64,000 bases of DNA from Candidatus Binatia bacterium. GTDB lineage: Bacteria > Desulfobacterota > Binatia > UBA9968 > JAJDTQ01. Below the pieces are notes generated by a model, which did no database searches, was not told the origin of the DNA, and was given only the letters and a program-made list of their open reading frames with translations. Shown piece by piece: positions 62,987 to 64,000 of this stretch (positions are counted from its first letter, which is position 1; each line of letters starts with the position of its first letter). A program made the position numbers and the translations under genes. The stretch lies in assembly GCA_963666515.2 (NCBI GenBank), contig OY762897.2, forward strand, positions 2,272,001 through 2,336,000. The letters are read 5' to 3'.

Positions 62987-64000
62987 ATGTTTTCAAGAGT
63001 GCTCGTGACATTGGCGGTGCTTGGCCTCGCCCTGCCTGCTTTCGCGGAAGAGAAGATTTCCCCGGCGCTTCAGAAGGTCATCGAAGCGGCCAAGAAGGAA
63101 GGCGAGCTCAAGATACAGTGGACGCCCGGACGCCTTGGTGGAGACGTCGGTCTCCGCAAGATGGTCGCGGCATTGAACAAGCGCTACGGGACCGATCTCA
63201 AGGTCCGGTACACGCCCGGGCCGAGCTTCCCGCGCATGACCGCCAAGCTGCTGCAGGAGCAAGCCGCCGGCCAGCCGGCCAGCAGCGACATCCACCTGGG
63301 CACCTCGAACCACATCTCCCAGGGCACGGCCAAGGGCATGCTCACGCTGCTCGACTGGGAGGGATTGCTGGAGCGGCCCAACCCCAAGGGCGCCAACATC
63401 AACCGGACCGCCCCCAAGGGCGCCGCGGTGGCCATCGCCTCGCGCGTGGTGGGCATCTCCTACAACTCGCGGCTGGTCAAGGGCGATGACGTTCCCAAGA
63501 GCATGGAAGACGTCTTCAAGCCCAAGTTCAAGGGCAAGATCGCTTCCACCCCTTACGCTACCGGTCTTTACCAGTTCGCCGCCGACGACATGCTCGGGCG
63601 CGAGCGCATGACCGACTACACCAAGCGCCTGGCCGCGCACATCGGCGGACTCATGCTCTGCAATGCCCAGGAGCGCATCGCCAGCGGCGAGTTCCTGATG
63701 CTGGTGTTCGACTGCGGCCACGACGACGCCCTGCGCATGACCCGCAAGGGCGCGCCGGTCAAGCAGGCCACCATCAAGGAGATCTCGCGGATCAACGTCA
63801 TGTACCTGGGCGTGCCCAAGCACGCGCAACGCCCCAACGCCGCCATCCTGTTCGCGAACTTCATGAACACGGCGGAGGGCCAGAAGCTCCAGTGGGACCT
63901 GGGCGGTCATGACCTGCACATCTACCCGGAGGCCAACACGCGCAAGCCGGTCCTGGATATCGTCAAGGGCGGCGGCCTGCTCTTCATCGACACGGTGGAG
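62987..64000 (+). CDS. ABC transporter substrate-binding protein (runs off window end)
   Basis: GGAGG RBS; MFSRVLVTLAVLGLALPAFA signal peptide; AAKKEG, PKFKGKI and PNAAILF motifs of AfuA-like binding proteins. Confidence 0.8.
   Translation, partial: MFSRVLVTLAVLGLALPAFAEEKISPALQKVIEAAKKEGELKIQWTPGRLGGDVGLRKMVAALNKRYGTDLKVRYTPGPSFPRMTAKLLQEQAAGQPASSDIHLGTSNHISQGTAKGMLTLLDWEGLLERPNPKGANINRTAPKGAAVAIASRVVGISYNSRLVKGDDVPKSMEDVFKPKFKGKIASTPYATGLYQFAADDMLGRERMTDYTKRLAAHIGGLMLCNAQERIASGEFLMLVFDCGHDDALRMTRKGAPVKQATIKEISRINVMYLGVPKHAQRPNAAILFANFMNTAEGQKLQWDLGGHDLHIYPEANTRKPVLDIVKGGGLLFIDTVE

Overview
GC-rich bacterial chromosomal window with about 62 genes, mostly metabolism and transport. Gene style (several amidohydrolases, ABC binding proteins, UbiD, TA modules, many REP-like palindromes) resembles deltaproteobacteria-like/Binatota lineages; this is inference only. 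Recognisable genes include ogt, ilvE, recQ, folK, glnE, adk, pgl and gnd, plus an RpoD-like sigma factor and a DegQ/kinase/sigma-54 activator unit. I found no tRNA, rRNA, CRISPR array, integrase or transposase. Most notable: (1) a lower-GC DUF4160/DUF2442 TA-like pair whose DUF2442 protein is fused in frame to a uracil-DNA-glycosylase-superfamily-like domain, a candidate anti-phage module; (2) a Rieske/cytochrome b6-type/octaheme HAO-family operon; (3) an apparently circularly permuted, non-catalytic alpha/beta-hydrolase fold fused to a SAM methyltransferase; (4) three mosaic paralogs of a biotin-less PycB/OadA-like carboxyltransferase with an altered substrate pocket, interrupted by TA modules; (5) an orphan lipoprotein plus coiled-coil gene pair bracketed by inverted REP remnants; (6) an ArsS-like radical SAM gene that seems to need a non-canonical start codon. 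All family calls come from motif recognition by eye; no database searches were run.
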